Below are positions 1 through 7,842 of a DNA stretch of 64,000 bases, in pieces. Below the pieces are notes generated by a model. The model did not search any database and was not told the origin of the DNA. It saw only the letters and a program-made list of their open reading frames with translations. The stretch's first letter is position 1. Every line of letters starts with the position of its first letter. Position numbers and translations under genes: made by a program. The DNA is from a virus (taxonomy: Duplodnaviria > Caudoviricetes), in IMG/VR virus record IMGVR_UViG_3300017651_000001, positions 3,937 to 67,936 of that record; one strand, written 5' to 3'.

Positions 1-77
1 CAGGTGAACGCGGCGGCTGGCCTCCAGGCGGCGGCTGCGTCGTCGCAGGGGTTCTGAGCAAGACCCACAACTGAATA

Positions 78-111
78 GCCGAGGACGGCTGGCCTAACTT
101 CCGTCCTCGGC
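78..111 (+). terminator. GC-rich hairpin after an upstream gene that is truncated by the window edge (stop at 55-57)
   Basis: GCCGAGGACGG...CCGTCCTCGGC inverted repeat; no U-tract. Confidence 0.45.
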
Positions 112-113
112 AT

Positions 114-185
114 GGCCCTGACGCTCAGTGGGAGCAACGCTTGCCTGTCGAGCAAGCGGGGCGGGTTCAACTCCCGCCAGGGTCG
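114..185 (+). tRNA. tRNA-Asp(GTC), atypical D-arm region, no encoded CCA
   Basis: Acceptor GGCCCTG/CAGGGTC, discriminator G, anticodon stem CTTGC/GCAAG with loop CTGTCGA, T-arm GCGGG-TTCAACT-CCCGC. Confidence 0.75.
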
Positions 186-229
186 CGATACAAAACTGTC
201 CACTATTTCCATCCGAAGGGAGCACGAGC

Positions 230-2761
230 ATTTCCACCCCGACTCCCGCCCAGGGCTACGCCGCCGTCGCATACCCGTACCTTGAGCGTGGCCTTTGGCC
301 CGTTCCCGTCGAGGGCAAGATCCTGCTGGTGCGCGGCGCGACGGGCCGCGATGGCATCGTCAGCGAACCGAAGGTGGCCGACTGGGCCGTAGAGCACGCC
401 GGAGCCAACGTGGCCCTGCGCGCCGACGGATGGATCGGCATCGACGTGGACGCCTACGACGGCAAGATCGGCGACAAGACCCTCGCCGCGCTGGAGGCGG
501 AACTCGGCGAACTGCCGGTCACGATCTCGTCGACGAGTCGCGGGCAGGGTCAGCCGAGCCGGATCTGGTTCTACCGCGTGCCGCGCGGGATGCATTTCGT
601 GCATAACTTCCCCGACCTGGAGGTCATCCAGTACGGGCACCGCTACGCCGTCGTGGCTCCGAGCATCCACCCCGAGACCGGCCAGCCCTACGCCTGGTAC
701 GGCTACGAGGGCGAGCTGCTCGACGAGTTCCCGAGCATCGACGACTTCGAGGAACTGCCCGAGGCGTGGCTGAACCGGCTCGCCATCCCGGACGATCAGA
801 ACCCGCGTGACCTGCAAGGCTTCTCCGGCTCGGTCAAGGAGTGGCTGGAGCGCGTGCCGGGCGGCACGCCGGGCCTGTGGATTCAGGAGGTCATCAACGA
901 CATCCCGAAGACCGACTTCGGGCACGACGAGATGGTTTCCCTGCAATCCCGCATCGTCAGCCAGGCGGCGCACGGCGACACGGGCGCGGCCCAAGCGCTG
1001 GAGATCCTGAAGGCCGAGTGGCTGCGTGACCCGTACAACACACCGGAGTATCGCCGGGACTGGGACGTGTCGCTTCGTGGCGCGATCGAGAAGTTCGGAG
1101 CCCTCGCGCCGGCGTCAGCCGACATCCTGAAGCAGGATCAGGTCGCGCTGTTCCGCAAGGTCGGCGCGGACGGCTTCCTCGACTTGTGGACCGGCGTCCC
1201 TGAGATCCCGACGCCGGAGTCGCTGCGCGAGCAGGTGGAGAAGGTGGTTCACGCGGCGCTCGGGAGTGGGCTCTCCGCTCTCGAGGCGGCGACGCTGGGC
1301 TGGCATTCGGCCGCCGCTCAGCGTGACGGGGGAATCCGAGGCGGCGTCGCGGACGGGGATACGAGCGCCCGCGACGCCGCCCTGGAGGAGATGTGGAGCC
1401 TGGCGAAGCAGGTCGAGGAGCGCCTGATGGCGGAGCCGGTGGCACAGCCGGAACCGTCGACGGAGGTCGACCCGGCGAAGCCGCGCCGCGCGGTGACCCT
1501 GCTTCTCGACGAGGAGCGCGAGCAGGCGCTCAGCACGCAATGGTGGGGTACGGAATACATGCGGGTGATGCGCGAGACGCACGCCGTCATGTCGGACGAG
1601 TACTACGAGACGCTGAAGTGGGTGGCGCTGTCGCTCTGCTTCGCGCACAAGGCGGTGATCCCCTCGGAGGAGGGCTACGACATCCCGCTGAACTTCTATG
1701 TGGTCATCATCGGCGGATCGAAGACGGGCAAGTCGCGCAGCATCAAGCCGGTGCAGGAGATCGCGAAGCGGTTCTGGCTGACATCCGGCGACAATCCTGA
1801 CATCGGCGGCGATGCGACGCGAGCTGCGCTGACGCAGGCTCTCATCCGCCGCGACGGCCTGCCGACCCTGTTCCGTGCGGATGAGGCGGACGCGACGATT
1901 GCGGCTTGGAAGAACTCGAAGGGTGAGTTCGTCGGCATGGCGCAGGCGATCACCGACATCTACCTCGGCGACGTGCCGCCGATCAACCGCGTCACGCACA
2001 AGGACATCTCCGGCATCCACGCCAAGGCGTTCTTGAACGTGGTGCTGTCGGGCATCGACTACCGCATCGCGGACGCGATCGAGCCGGGGGACTGGGAGAC
2101 CGGCTTCGTCAACCGCTTCGTGATCGCGAAGGGTGAGCGCAAGGCTCGCACCCGAGACCAGAAGAAGTTTCGCGTCAGGCGCTCGGCTGGCGGGAATGCG
2201 CAGACGCAGAGCCTGCATCACTGGTACGACCAGTGGGCCGCGAGGTTCAACCGCATCGCCAGCACGGTGCTCATGCCCGCGGCGGGCGAGAAGATGGTCT
2301 GGATCGACTTCGAGGACGACGTGGTGGAGCGCCACACGGACGCCATCGAGAGGCTCGAGGCGATCGCGCGGGCATCCAGGTACACCGAGAGGCTCGATGC
2401 GACGTTCGGCCGCCTGGAGGAGACCATCCTCAAATGCGCAGCCCTGGTCGCCATCACCAGGGAGCGCAAGGTCGTCAACATGAGCGACTACCTGATCGCC
2501 CTGGAGCAGGGCGAGGCGTGGGTGAACCGGATCGTGGAGCTGGTGTCGGCGACCGACCTGTCGCCGAGGGCGAGGCAGGTGAACCGGCTCTACGAGCTGC
2601 TGGCGTCGAGGCAGAGGTGGAGGGTCGCGGACCTGCGTCGTGAGGAACAGTACGCCGGCGACTATCGCTTCCTGGACGGGCTCATCGCCGAGCTGAAAGC
2701 GCAGGGCCGCATCGACACGGATCGAGACGCGGTGTGGGTACTGAGAGAGGGGGAGTCATGA
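230..2761 (+). CDS. Bifunctional primase/polymerase (Prim-Pol) fused to an ATPase/helicase domain; start uncertain (ATT at 230 proposed)
   Basis: GLWPVP, IGIDVD and YAVVAPSIHP Prim-Pol motifs; Walker A GGSKTGKS and Walker B-like RADE. Confidence 0.85.
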   Translation: MSTPTPAQGYAAVAYPYLERGLWPVPVEGKILLVRGATGRDGIVSEPKVADWAVEHAGANVALRADGWIGIDVDAYDGKIGDKTLAALEAELGELPVTISSTSRGQGQPSRIWFYRVPRGMHFVHNFPDLEVIQYGHRYAVVAPSIHPETGQPYAWYGYEGELLDEFPSIDDFEELPEAWLNRLAIPDDQNPRDLQGFSGSVKEWLERVPGGTPGLWIQEVINDIPKTDFGHDEMVSLQSRIVSQAAHGDTGAAQALEILKAEWLRDPYNTPEYRRDWDVSLRGAIEKFGALAPASADILKQDQVALFRKVGADGFLDLWTGVPEIPTPESLREQVEKVVHAALGSGLSALEAATLGWHSAAAQRDGGIRGGVADGDTSARDAALEEMWSLAKQVEERLMAEPVAQPEPSTEVDPAKPRRAVTLLLDEEREQALSTQWWGTEYMRVMRETHAVMSDEYYETLKWVALSLCFAHKAVIPSEEGYDIPLNFYVVIIGGSKTGKSRSIKPVQEIAKRFWLTSGDNPDIGGDATRAALTQALIRRDGLPTLFRADEADATIAAWKNSKGEFVGMAQAITDIYLGDVPPINRVTHKDISGIHAKAFLNVVLSGIDYRIADAIEPGDWETGFVNRFVIAKGERKARTRDQKKFRVRRSAGGNAQTQSLHHWYDQWAARFNRIASTVLMPAAGEKMVWIDFEDDVVERHTDAIERLEAIARASRYTERLDATFGRLEETILKCAALVAITRERKVVNMSDYLIALEQGEAWVNRIVELVSATDLSPRARQVNRLYELLASRQRWRVADLRREEQYAGDYRFLDGLIAELKAQGRIDTDRDAVWVLREGES

Positions 2762-3156
2762 CAACGGCTCTTGAGCAGGCGCTGGATTTCTACAAGCGCC
2801 ACAAGGACATGGACCGCCAGGCTCGCTTCGACGCGGCCGTGGCGCTGGGCGAGTGGGGCGTGTTCAGCGCGCGGAACATCGCCGACATCGTGGGGCTGCC
2901 GAAGAACGTGGTACCTGCGCTGATCGGCAAGAAGAGCCGAGACGGCGGGAAGTTGAACCCGGCTGCGCTGGAGCACATCGCCGAGGTGGCGAGGCTCTGG
3001 GCGCGCGGCGAGGTGGATGTGTTCGCCACGAGGCGAGCGATCGACGCCGGCACGACGACGTGGGTGGTAGCTCGCTTGACGGGCATCAGCAGGTCGCAGA
3101 TCAGGCGTCAGTACGAGAAGGCCGTCAAGTTGGCGGGCGAAGGGAAGGGGGAGTAG
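2758..3156 (+). CDS. Helix-turn-helix DNA-binding protein
   Basis: Two HTH-like segments (FSARNIADIVGLPK; TTWVVARLTGISRSQI); ATGA overlap with the primase gene. Confidence 0.6.
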   Translation: MTTALEQALDFYKRHKDMDRQARFDAAVALGEWGVFSARNIADIVGLPKNVVPALIGKKSRDGGKLNPAALEHIAEVARLWARGEVDVFATRRAIDAGTTTWVVARLTGISRSQIRRQYEKAVKLAGEGKGE

Positions 3157-3965
3157 TGGACTACTCGAATCACAAGGTTCTTGAGCTTTTCGCGGGACAC
3201 GGGGTTGGGGTGGCGATCAAGCGCCTCGGCGCCAGCGAGCATGCCGTCGAGATCAACAAGGATGCCATCGCCACGCGGCGGCTGAACGGCATGGACATCG
3301 CCTACGAGGATGTCTGGGATGTTCACCTGGCCGAAGGGCTGGAGCACGATACACAGTGGGGCTCGCCGCCTTGCCCGACGTTCTCGGCCGCAGGCAAGGG
3401 CTCTGGCCGCAAGCAGATGCCGCTGATCCTCGACGCGATCAAGACTGGCGTGTGGCAGGACATCCACGCGCTGCGCCAGTGGTCGGACTCGCTGGAGGAT
3501 GCACGTTCGGGGCTGACGCTCATCAACCTGCACTACGCCTACCGCTTCAACCCGACCTACATCGCGCTCGAGCAGGTTCCGACGGTCCTGCCGATCTGGG
3601 AGGCGTATGCCGAGGAGTTGCGCTCGTGGGGCTACAGCGTGTGGACAGGCAAGCTCTACGCCGAGCAGTACGGCGTGCCGCAGACCCGCACCCGCGCGAT
3701 CCTCATGGCGAGGCGTGACGGCAAAGAGGCGAGGCCGCCGAGGCCGACGCACTCGCGCTACTACTCCAGGTCGCCGGAGAGGCTCGACCCCGGCGTGAAG
3801 AAGTGGGTCTCTATGGCGGAGGCGCTGGGCGAGGATGGGTTCACTGTCGTCAGCAACTACGGCAGCGGCGGAGACCCCAAAAACCGCGGACGCCGAGACT
3901 CCAGCGAGCCAGCAGCGACGATCACGAGCAAGTTCGATCGGATGAAGAAGGAGGTGGCAGCGTGA
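3156..3965 (+). CDS. DNA (cytosine-5) methyltransferase, N-terminal catalytic part (motifs I-VIII)
   Basis: LELFAG (I), GSPPC (IV), EQV (VI), GVPQTRTR (VIII); lacks motifs IX-X. Confidence 0.85.
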   Translation: MDYSNHKVLELFAGHGVGVAIKRLGASEHAVEINKDAIATRRLNGMDIAYEDVWDVHLAEGLEHDTQWGSPPCPTFSAAGKGSGRKQMPLILDAIKTGVWQDIHALRQWSDSLEDARSGLTLINLHYAYRFNPTYIALEQVPTVLPIWEAYAEELRSWGYSVWTGKLYAEQYGVPQTRTRAILMARRDGKEARPPRPTHSRYYSRSPERLDPGVKKWVSMAEALGEDGFTVVSNYGSGGDPKNRGRRDSSEPAATITSKFDRMKKEVAA

Positions 3966-4267
3966 AGCGAGCAGTGAAGCGCATGGGGCGCGGCATGGTT
4001 GAGCGCTACGGTGAGCGCCCTGGGCGCCTTGTCACCGAGCCCTCATTCACGATCCGAGGGCTTGCTGGCGGCACTGAGCCACACGGCTTCGTCTGGGAGG
4101 ACGACATGAAGAACACCGCGAAGGTCACACCCCGCGAGGCCGCGGCGCTCCAGACCTACCCCGAGGACTTCGAGTTCGCTGGCACGAAGGGCAGCGTCGG
4201 CCTCCAGATCGGCAACGCCGTCCCGCCCCTGCTGGCGGAGGCCGTGCTGAAGGAGTTGTGGTCGTGA
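3962..4267 (+). CDS. C5-methyltransferase C-terminal part, copy 1 (TRD-like segment plus motifs IX-X)
   Basis: EPSFTI, TPREAAALQTYP, QIGNAVPPLLA; GTGA-coupled with SD GGAGG. Confidence 0.8.
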   Translation: MKRAVKRMGRGMVERYGERPGRLVTEPSFTIRGLAGGTEPHGFVWEDDMKNTAKVTPREAAALQTYPEDFEFAGTKGSVGLQIGNAVPPLLAEAVLKELWS

Positions 4268-4560
4268 TGGTGTTGTATCGGGCGAGCAACCAGGCGCACG
4301 CCGCCCGGCGTCCGCTATGGGCACCTGCGCCAACGGTGATGTTCGGCGGACGAAGCAACAAGGTGGAGTGGATGGAGGAAGCCCTGGCGCCCGACCCGCG
4401 CGCTTCTGGCGTCCGCGTATCTGTGGAGGAGGCGGCAGTCCTCCAGTCCTACCCTGGATCGTTCGCCTTCTCTGGGTCTGTGTCTTCGCAGTTCCTCCAG
4501 ATCGGCAACGCCGTCCCGCCCCTGCTGGCGGAGGCCGTGCTGAAGGAGCTGTGGTCGTGA
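4201..4560 (+). repeat. 67-bp direct repeat (4201-4267 and 4494-4560; one mismatch)
   Basis: CCTCCAGATCGGCAACGCCGTCCCG...GTGGTCGTGA present twice. Confidence 0.95.
4264..4560 (+). CDS. C5-methyltransferase C-terminal part, copy 2
   Basis: PAPTV, SVEEAAVLQSYP, QIGNAVPPLLA; GTGA-coupled. Confidence 0.8.
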   Translation: MMVLYRASNQAHAARRPLWAPAPTVMFGGRSNKVEWMEEALAPDPRASGVRVSVEEAAVLQSYPGSFAFSGSVSSQFLQIGNAVPPLLAEAVLKELWS

Positions 4561-4943
4561 CAGCCCTGCCGCTTCCCTGTTTCCCCTGGCCGCTCTCCGA
4601 CGCCCGCCTCGCTCTCCTGAAGGCGGCGAAGGCGTCGCTGGATAGTCCACTGCTGATCGTGCCCGTGGAGGCCGCCTACGGCTCGCCAGGCCGTGTTCTC
4701 TGCTTCGGGGAGACGCCGGACTGGCTCTGTGCCACGGCCCCGATCCGCCCGGAGAACGTCGACAGCGTGACCAGCATCGCGGGTGCGCTGAAGCTGTGTC
4801 TCGGCGAGTTGGAGGGCTGGGCGCCGAGCGAGCAGTTCGACGAGGCCTGGCTGCTCGGCAAGTGGCTCGGCGGAGAGGTTCGCAAAGTGCGCGAGGAGCG
4901 CTGGAACGAAGACATTCAGGAGTGGGAGGAGGTCTGGACATGA
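4557..4943 (+). CDS. Hypothetical protein
   Basis: Translationally coupled ORF. Confidence 0.7.
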   Translation: MTALPLPCFPWPLSDARLALLKAAKASLDSPLLIVPVEAAYGSPGRVLCFGETPDWLCATAPIRPENVDSVTSIAGALKLCLGELEGWAPSEQFDEAWLLGKWLGGEVRKVREERWNEDIQEWEEVWT

Positions 4944-5605
4944 CCATCGACACCGCCCTCTACCTCGACGAACTCGACGAGCGTGACAGCGCTCCGATCG
5001 TCGATCATCGCACGGCACCGCTGTTCCCGACGGCGGGGCATCCGGTGACGGGCGAGTCGTGGAGCGAGTTCTTCAGGCGGGTGAAGGCTCCGGCCGAGCC
5101 GGTCGAGGCGGAGCCCGTTGAACCCGAGAAGATCGCCATCCTCGAGCCTGCTCACGAGGTTCCGCTGGCGGCGCTCAGTGCCCGCTCTACGCCCGCTCAG
5201 GTGGCGAAGCGGCTCATCGGTCAGGGGTGGGAGGTTCGCGTCTCACAGAGCCGCGTGGCGGTCCCTGCGGTGCTTTACGTGGCGGACGGGGACGACTACA
5301 GCGCGGGTGATGTGCGCTATGAGGCGCACGAGCTGGTGACAACGGTGCTGGTCGGCGTGAAGCGCGGGGACGACGGCCGCGTCGGCCTGGCCCTCGACGC
5401 GACGTGGACGAGTCGGGATGGTTTCGCAGGCGCGAAGACGTTCGACCCGATCCTCGGGCGCGAGTGGCGCAGCGGGTATCGCGCGCCCCGCAAGCCGAAT
5501 GAGATCGAACTCGAGGACGGCATCCAGCCACCGGCCTCGCTGGAGCAGTGGTTGAACATGGTCGCACCGAAGCCGGTGCGGAAGAAGAAGGGAGAGGTGG
5601 AATGA
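4940..5605 (+). CDS. Hypothetical protein
   Basis: ATGA-coupled ORF with SD. Confidence 0.7.
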   Translation: MTIDTALYLDELDERDSAPIVDHRTAPLFPTAGHPVTGESWSEFFRRVKAPAEPVEAEPVEPEKIAILEPAHEVPLAALSARSTPAQVAKRLIGQGWEVRVSQSRVAVPAVLYVADGDDYSAGDVRYEAHELVTTVLVGVKRGDDGRVGLALDATWTSRDGFAGAKTFDPILGREWRSGYRAPRKPNEIELEDGIQPPASLEQWLNMVAPKPVRKKKGEVE

Positions 5606-6120
5606 CCCTCACAGGTTTCAAGGCGAAGAACCATCCCCAGCAGACCGGCAAGAACGGCGCTCGGGACGAGGTGGACGACCGCGGAACCCGCTGGGAGGAC
5701 TTCGATGAGTTCGACCGGCTCTACGGGCCGCACACGCTGGACGTGGCGGCGGCTCCGCACAACGCGAAGTGCGAGAAGTTCTTCACCCGCGAGGATGACG
5801 GCCTGGCGCAGTCCTGGGCGGGCGAGCGCGTCTGGTGCAACCCGCCCTACTCGGACATCGGCGCATGGGTGCAGAAGGCGTGGCGCGAGCGGGCGGGGAC
5901 GCTCGGCATCACAATGCTCCTGCCCGCCAACCGCACGGAGCAGAAGTGGTGGCAGGAATGGGTCGAGCCCTACCGCGACGACAAGAACTACGGGCTAACG
6001 GTGCGGTTCCTGCCTGGCCGCATGAGGTTCGACCGCCCGAACGCGGTGATCGGGCCGAAGGGCGACAGGCCGCCGTTCGGGTGCTGCCTGCTGATTTGGA
6101 AGGGAGGCACGGATGGCTAA
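5602..6120 (+). CDS. Phage DNA N6-adenine methyltransferase (Dam-like)
   Basis: TLDVAA, DGLAQSW, VWCNPPY, MLLPA, GRMRF motifs. Confidence 0.85.
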   Translation: MTLTGFKAKNHPQQTGKNGARDEVDDRGTRWEDFDEFDRLYGPHTLDVAAAPHNAKCEKFFTREDDGLAQSWAGERVWCNPPYSDIGAWVQKAWRERAGTLGITMLLPANRTEQKWWQEWVEPYRDDKNYGLTVRFLPGRMRFDRPNAVIGPKGDRPPFGCCLLIWKGGTDG

Positions 6121-6304
6121 AGGTGCTCCGCGCGGGACGAAGCGCACAAAAAACCTCGTGATCGCACTGACGGACGAGGAGTACGAGACGATCCTGTCGG
6201 CTGCGGCGTTCGAGGACATGTACGGCGCCACCTGGGCGCGCAACGTTCTCCTCAGCCGGGCCCTTGGGCTCTACCGGGCAAGGACGTGGGGGCAGGCCGC
6301 ATGA
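6113..6304 (+). CDS. Small, possibly ribbon-helix-helix DNA-binding protein
   Basis: Beta-strand NLVIALT followed by two helices. Confidence 0.5.
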   Translation: MAKGAPRGTKRTKNLVIALTDEEYETILSAAAFEDMYGATWARNVLLSRALGLYRARTWGQAA

Positions 6305-6741
6305 CCCTCCTCCTCACCCTTGACCCCGGCGTCACGACCGGCTACGCCTTGTGCGCCTTCACCGACGCTGAGCCGCTGAGCCTTGTCGAGGCGGGGCAGA
6401 TCGACCGGGGCGTCGACGGCTTCGTGGAGTGGTGGCAGGAGCGCTGGGCTGACGATGCGCCGGACTTCGTGGTCGCCGAGGACTTCGTGGATGACGGACG
6501 CACGCAGAAGCCGAACCTCATGCCGCTGCGCATCCTCGGCGCACTGCGGGTTCTGCATCCCGGCTTCATCTCGCCCCGCAACACGGCGATGATCCACGCC
6601 CCGGACCCATTTCTCCGCAAGCACGGCCTCTACGTCAACGGCCAGCGCCACGCTCGCGACGCGATCAGGCATGCGTGGGCCTGGGCCAAGACGACGAAGC
6701 ACCGACCGACGATCGAGAAGTACTGGGGGAGAGGACGATGA
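6301..6741 (+). CDS. RuvC-like Holliday junction resolvase
   Basis: LTLDPGVTTGYA, VVAEDF, HARDAIRH. Confidence 0.75.
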   Translation: MTLLLTLDPGVTTGYALCAFTDAEPLSLVEAGQIDRGVDGFVEWWQERWADDAPDFVVAEDFVDDGRTQKPNLMPLRILGALRVLHPGFISPRNTAMIHAPDPFLRKHGLYVNGQRHARDAIRHAWAWAKTTKHRPTIEKYWGRGR

Positions 6742-7162
6742 CGAAGAAGCGCAAGAAGAGGTGCTCGTGCAAGGGGCGCAGCGGCGAGTTCAAGGAGGCA
6801 TACCCGACCAGACGAATCGCGACGACCAGGGCAATCCGGCGCGGCGGAGTCTTCAGGACGTACCCGTGCCCCGAGATGAAGGGACGATGGCATGTCACAC
6901 ATGGATGAGGTGTCGAATGCGTGAAGTCTGCACCTGCGGAGCCGTGTTCGAGTTCATCTGGCCAAAGACCAACTGGGCCCCTGAGCGCATGGAGCAGGTC
7001 TACGGGTGGCTCCTGGAGTGGCGGGAGAACCATCGCCACGAGCCGCGCGAGCCGGAGCCCGAGCCCGAGAGGCAGGGAGCCGGCATGAGTGACAACCAGC
7101 TCGCGCACCGCGATCGGGACTGGTCGCACCCGACGATCGGCTTCACGCCGAATGGGTGGTGA
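6738..7162 (+). CDS. Two small hypothetical Cys-containing ORFs (6738-6908, 6917-7162)
   Basis: Consecutive ORFs ending the rightward arm. Confidence 0.55.
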
Positions 7163-7232
7163 CGTTATAAATCTCGTACATAAGCAGGATGTCGGATAAA
7201 TCTGACATCCGCGATAGTCGCCTATATCCCAC

Positions 7233-7272
7233 AAGGCCCCGGCCACCCGCTGAGATGCGGGGCCGGGGCCTT
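7233..7272. terminator. Bidirectional terminator-like hairpin where the two arms converge
   Basis: AAGGCCCCGGCC...GGCCGGGGCCTT. Confidence 0.7.
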
Positions 7273-7351
7273 GATCGAGATACTTGGATCACTTCCTCTC
7301 TGTGCTCGCTTGGGCCGATTTCTCGGCACTTGGGGGCTCAGAGAGGGAGCG

Positions 7352-7570
7352 TCAGGCGGTCTCCGTTCCGCCGTTGCCGCGGAAGGCGATGGTCGTCAGG
7401 ACGGAGACGAGGCCCGCGAGACCGGCGATGGAGCCGACGCCCGCCCAGTCCACGTCGATGAGGCCGGTCACCTCGGCGGTGAGGGCACCGACGGCGGCCT
7501 GCGCCACGGTCGCGACCGCACGGTCGAACACGTCGATCCAGAACTGCTTGTCGCTGTACTTGCTTGCCAT
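7352..7570 (-). CDS. Holin (r1t-like)
   Basis: FWIDVFDRAVATVAQAAV plus two hydrophobic helices; end of the lysis region. Confidence 0.8.
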   Translation of the reverse strand: MASKYSDKQFWIDVFDRAVATVAQAAVGALTAEVTGLIDVDWAGVGSIAGLAGLVSVLTTIAFRGNGGTETA

Positions 7571-7615
7571 GTTGTCTCCTTGTTAGGCGGGCGTGGTAGA
7601 TCCCAGTTTAGTGGA

Positions 7616-7813
7616 CTAACGGGCCTCGATCGGCTGGCGGGTGTCGAGCACGTCGCAGCCGAGCAGGACGAGTTTGTCCACGTAAGCGTCGGCATGATGC
7701 CCGCAGTACTGGATCTCGCGGCCGTCGGGAAACTCGAAGTAGACCTTGGCGGTCACGCCACGAGAGCCGCAACGGGGTCCGTCGCAGAGGTTCTCGTGGA
7801 TGATGAGTTCCAT
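7616..7813 (-). CDS. Small Cys/His protein
   Basis: CD...C and YCGHH. Confidence 0.55.
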   Translation of the reverse strand: MELIIHENLCDGPRCGSRGVTAKVYFEFPDGREIQYCGHHADAYVDKLVLLGCDVLDTRQPIEAR

Positions 7814-7842
7814 GACCTGAGTTTACTCTTCGGGATTGCCCG

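Noticed and set aside
128-229. ORF-track N-terminus of the primase
   Set aside because: It overlaps the tRNA-Asp and has no SD; a downstream start fits better
3156-6120. Restriction-modification system
   Set aside because: No recognisable cognate restriction endonuclease; orphan phage MTases are the simpler reading
7165-7215. dif site
   Set aside because: Does not match the XerC/XerD arm pattern as far as I can judge by eye
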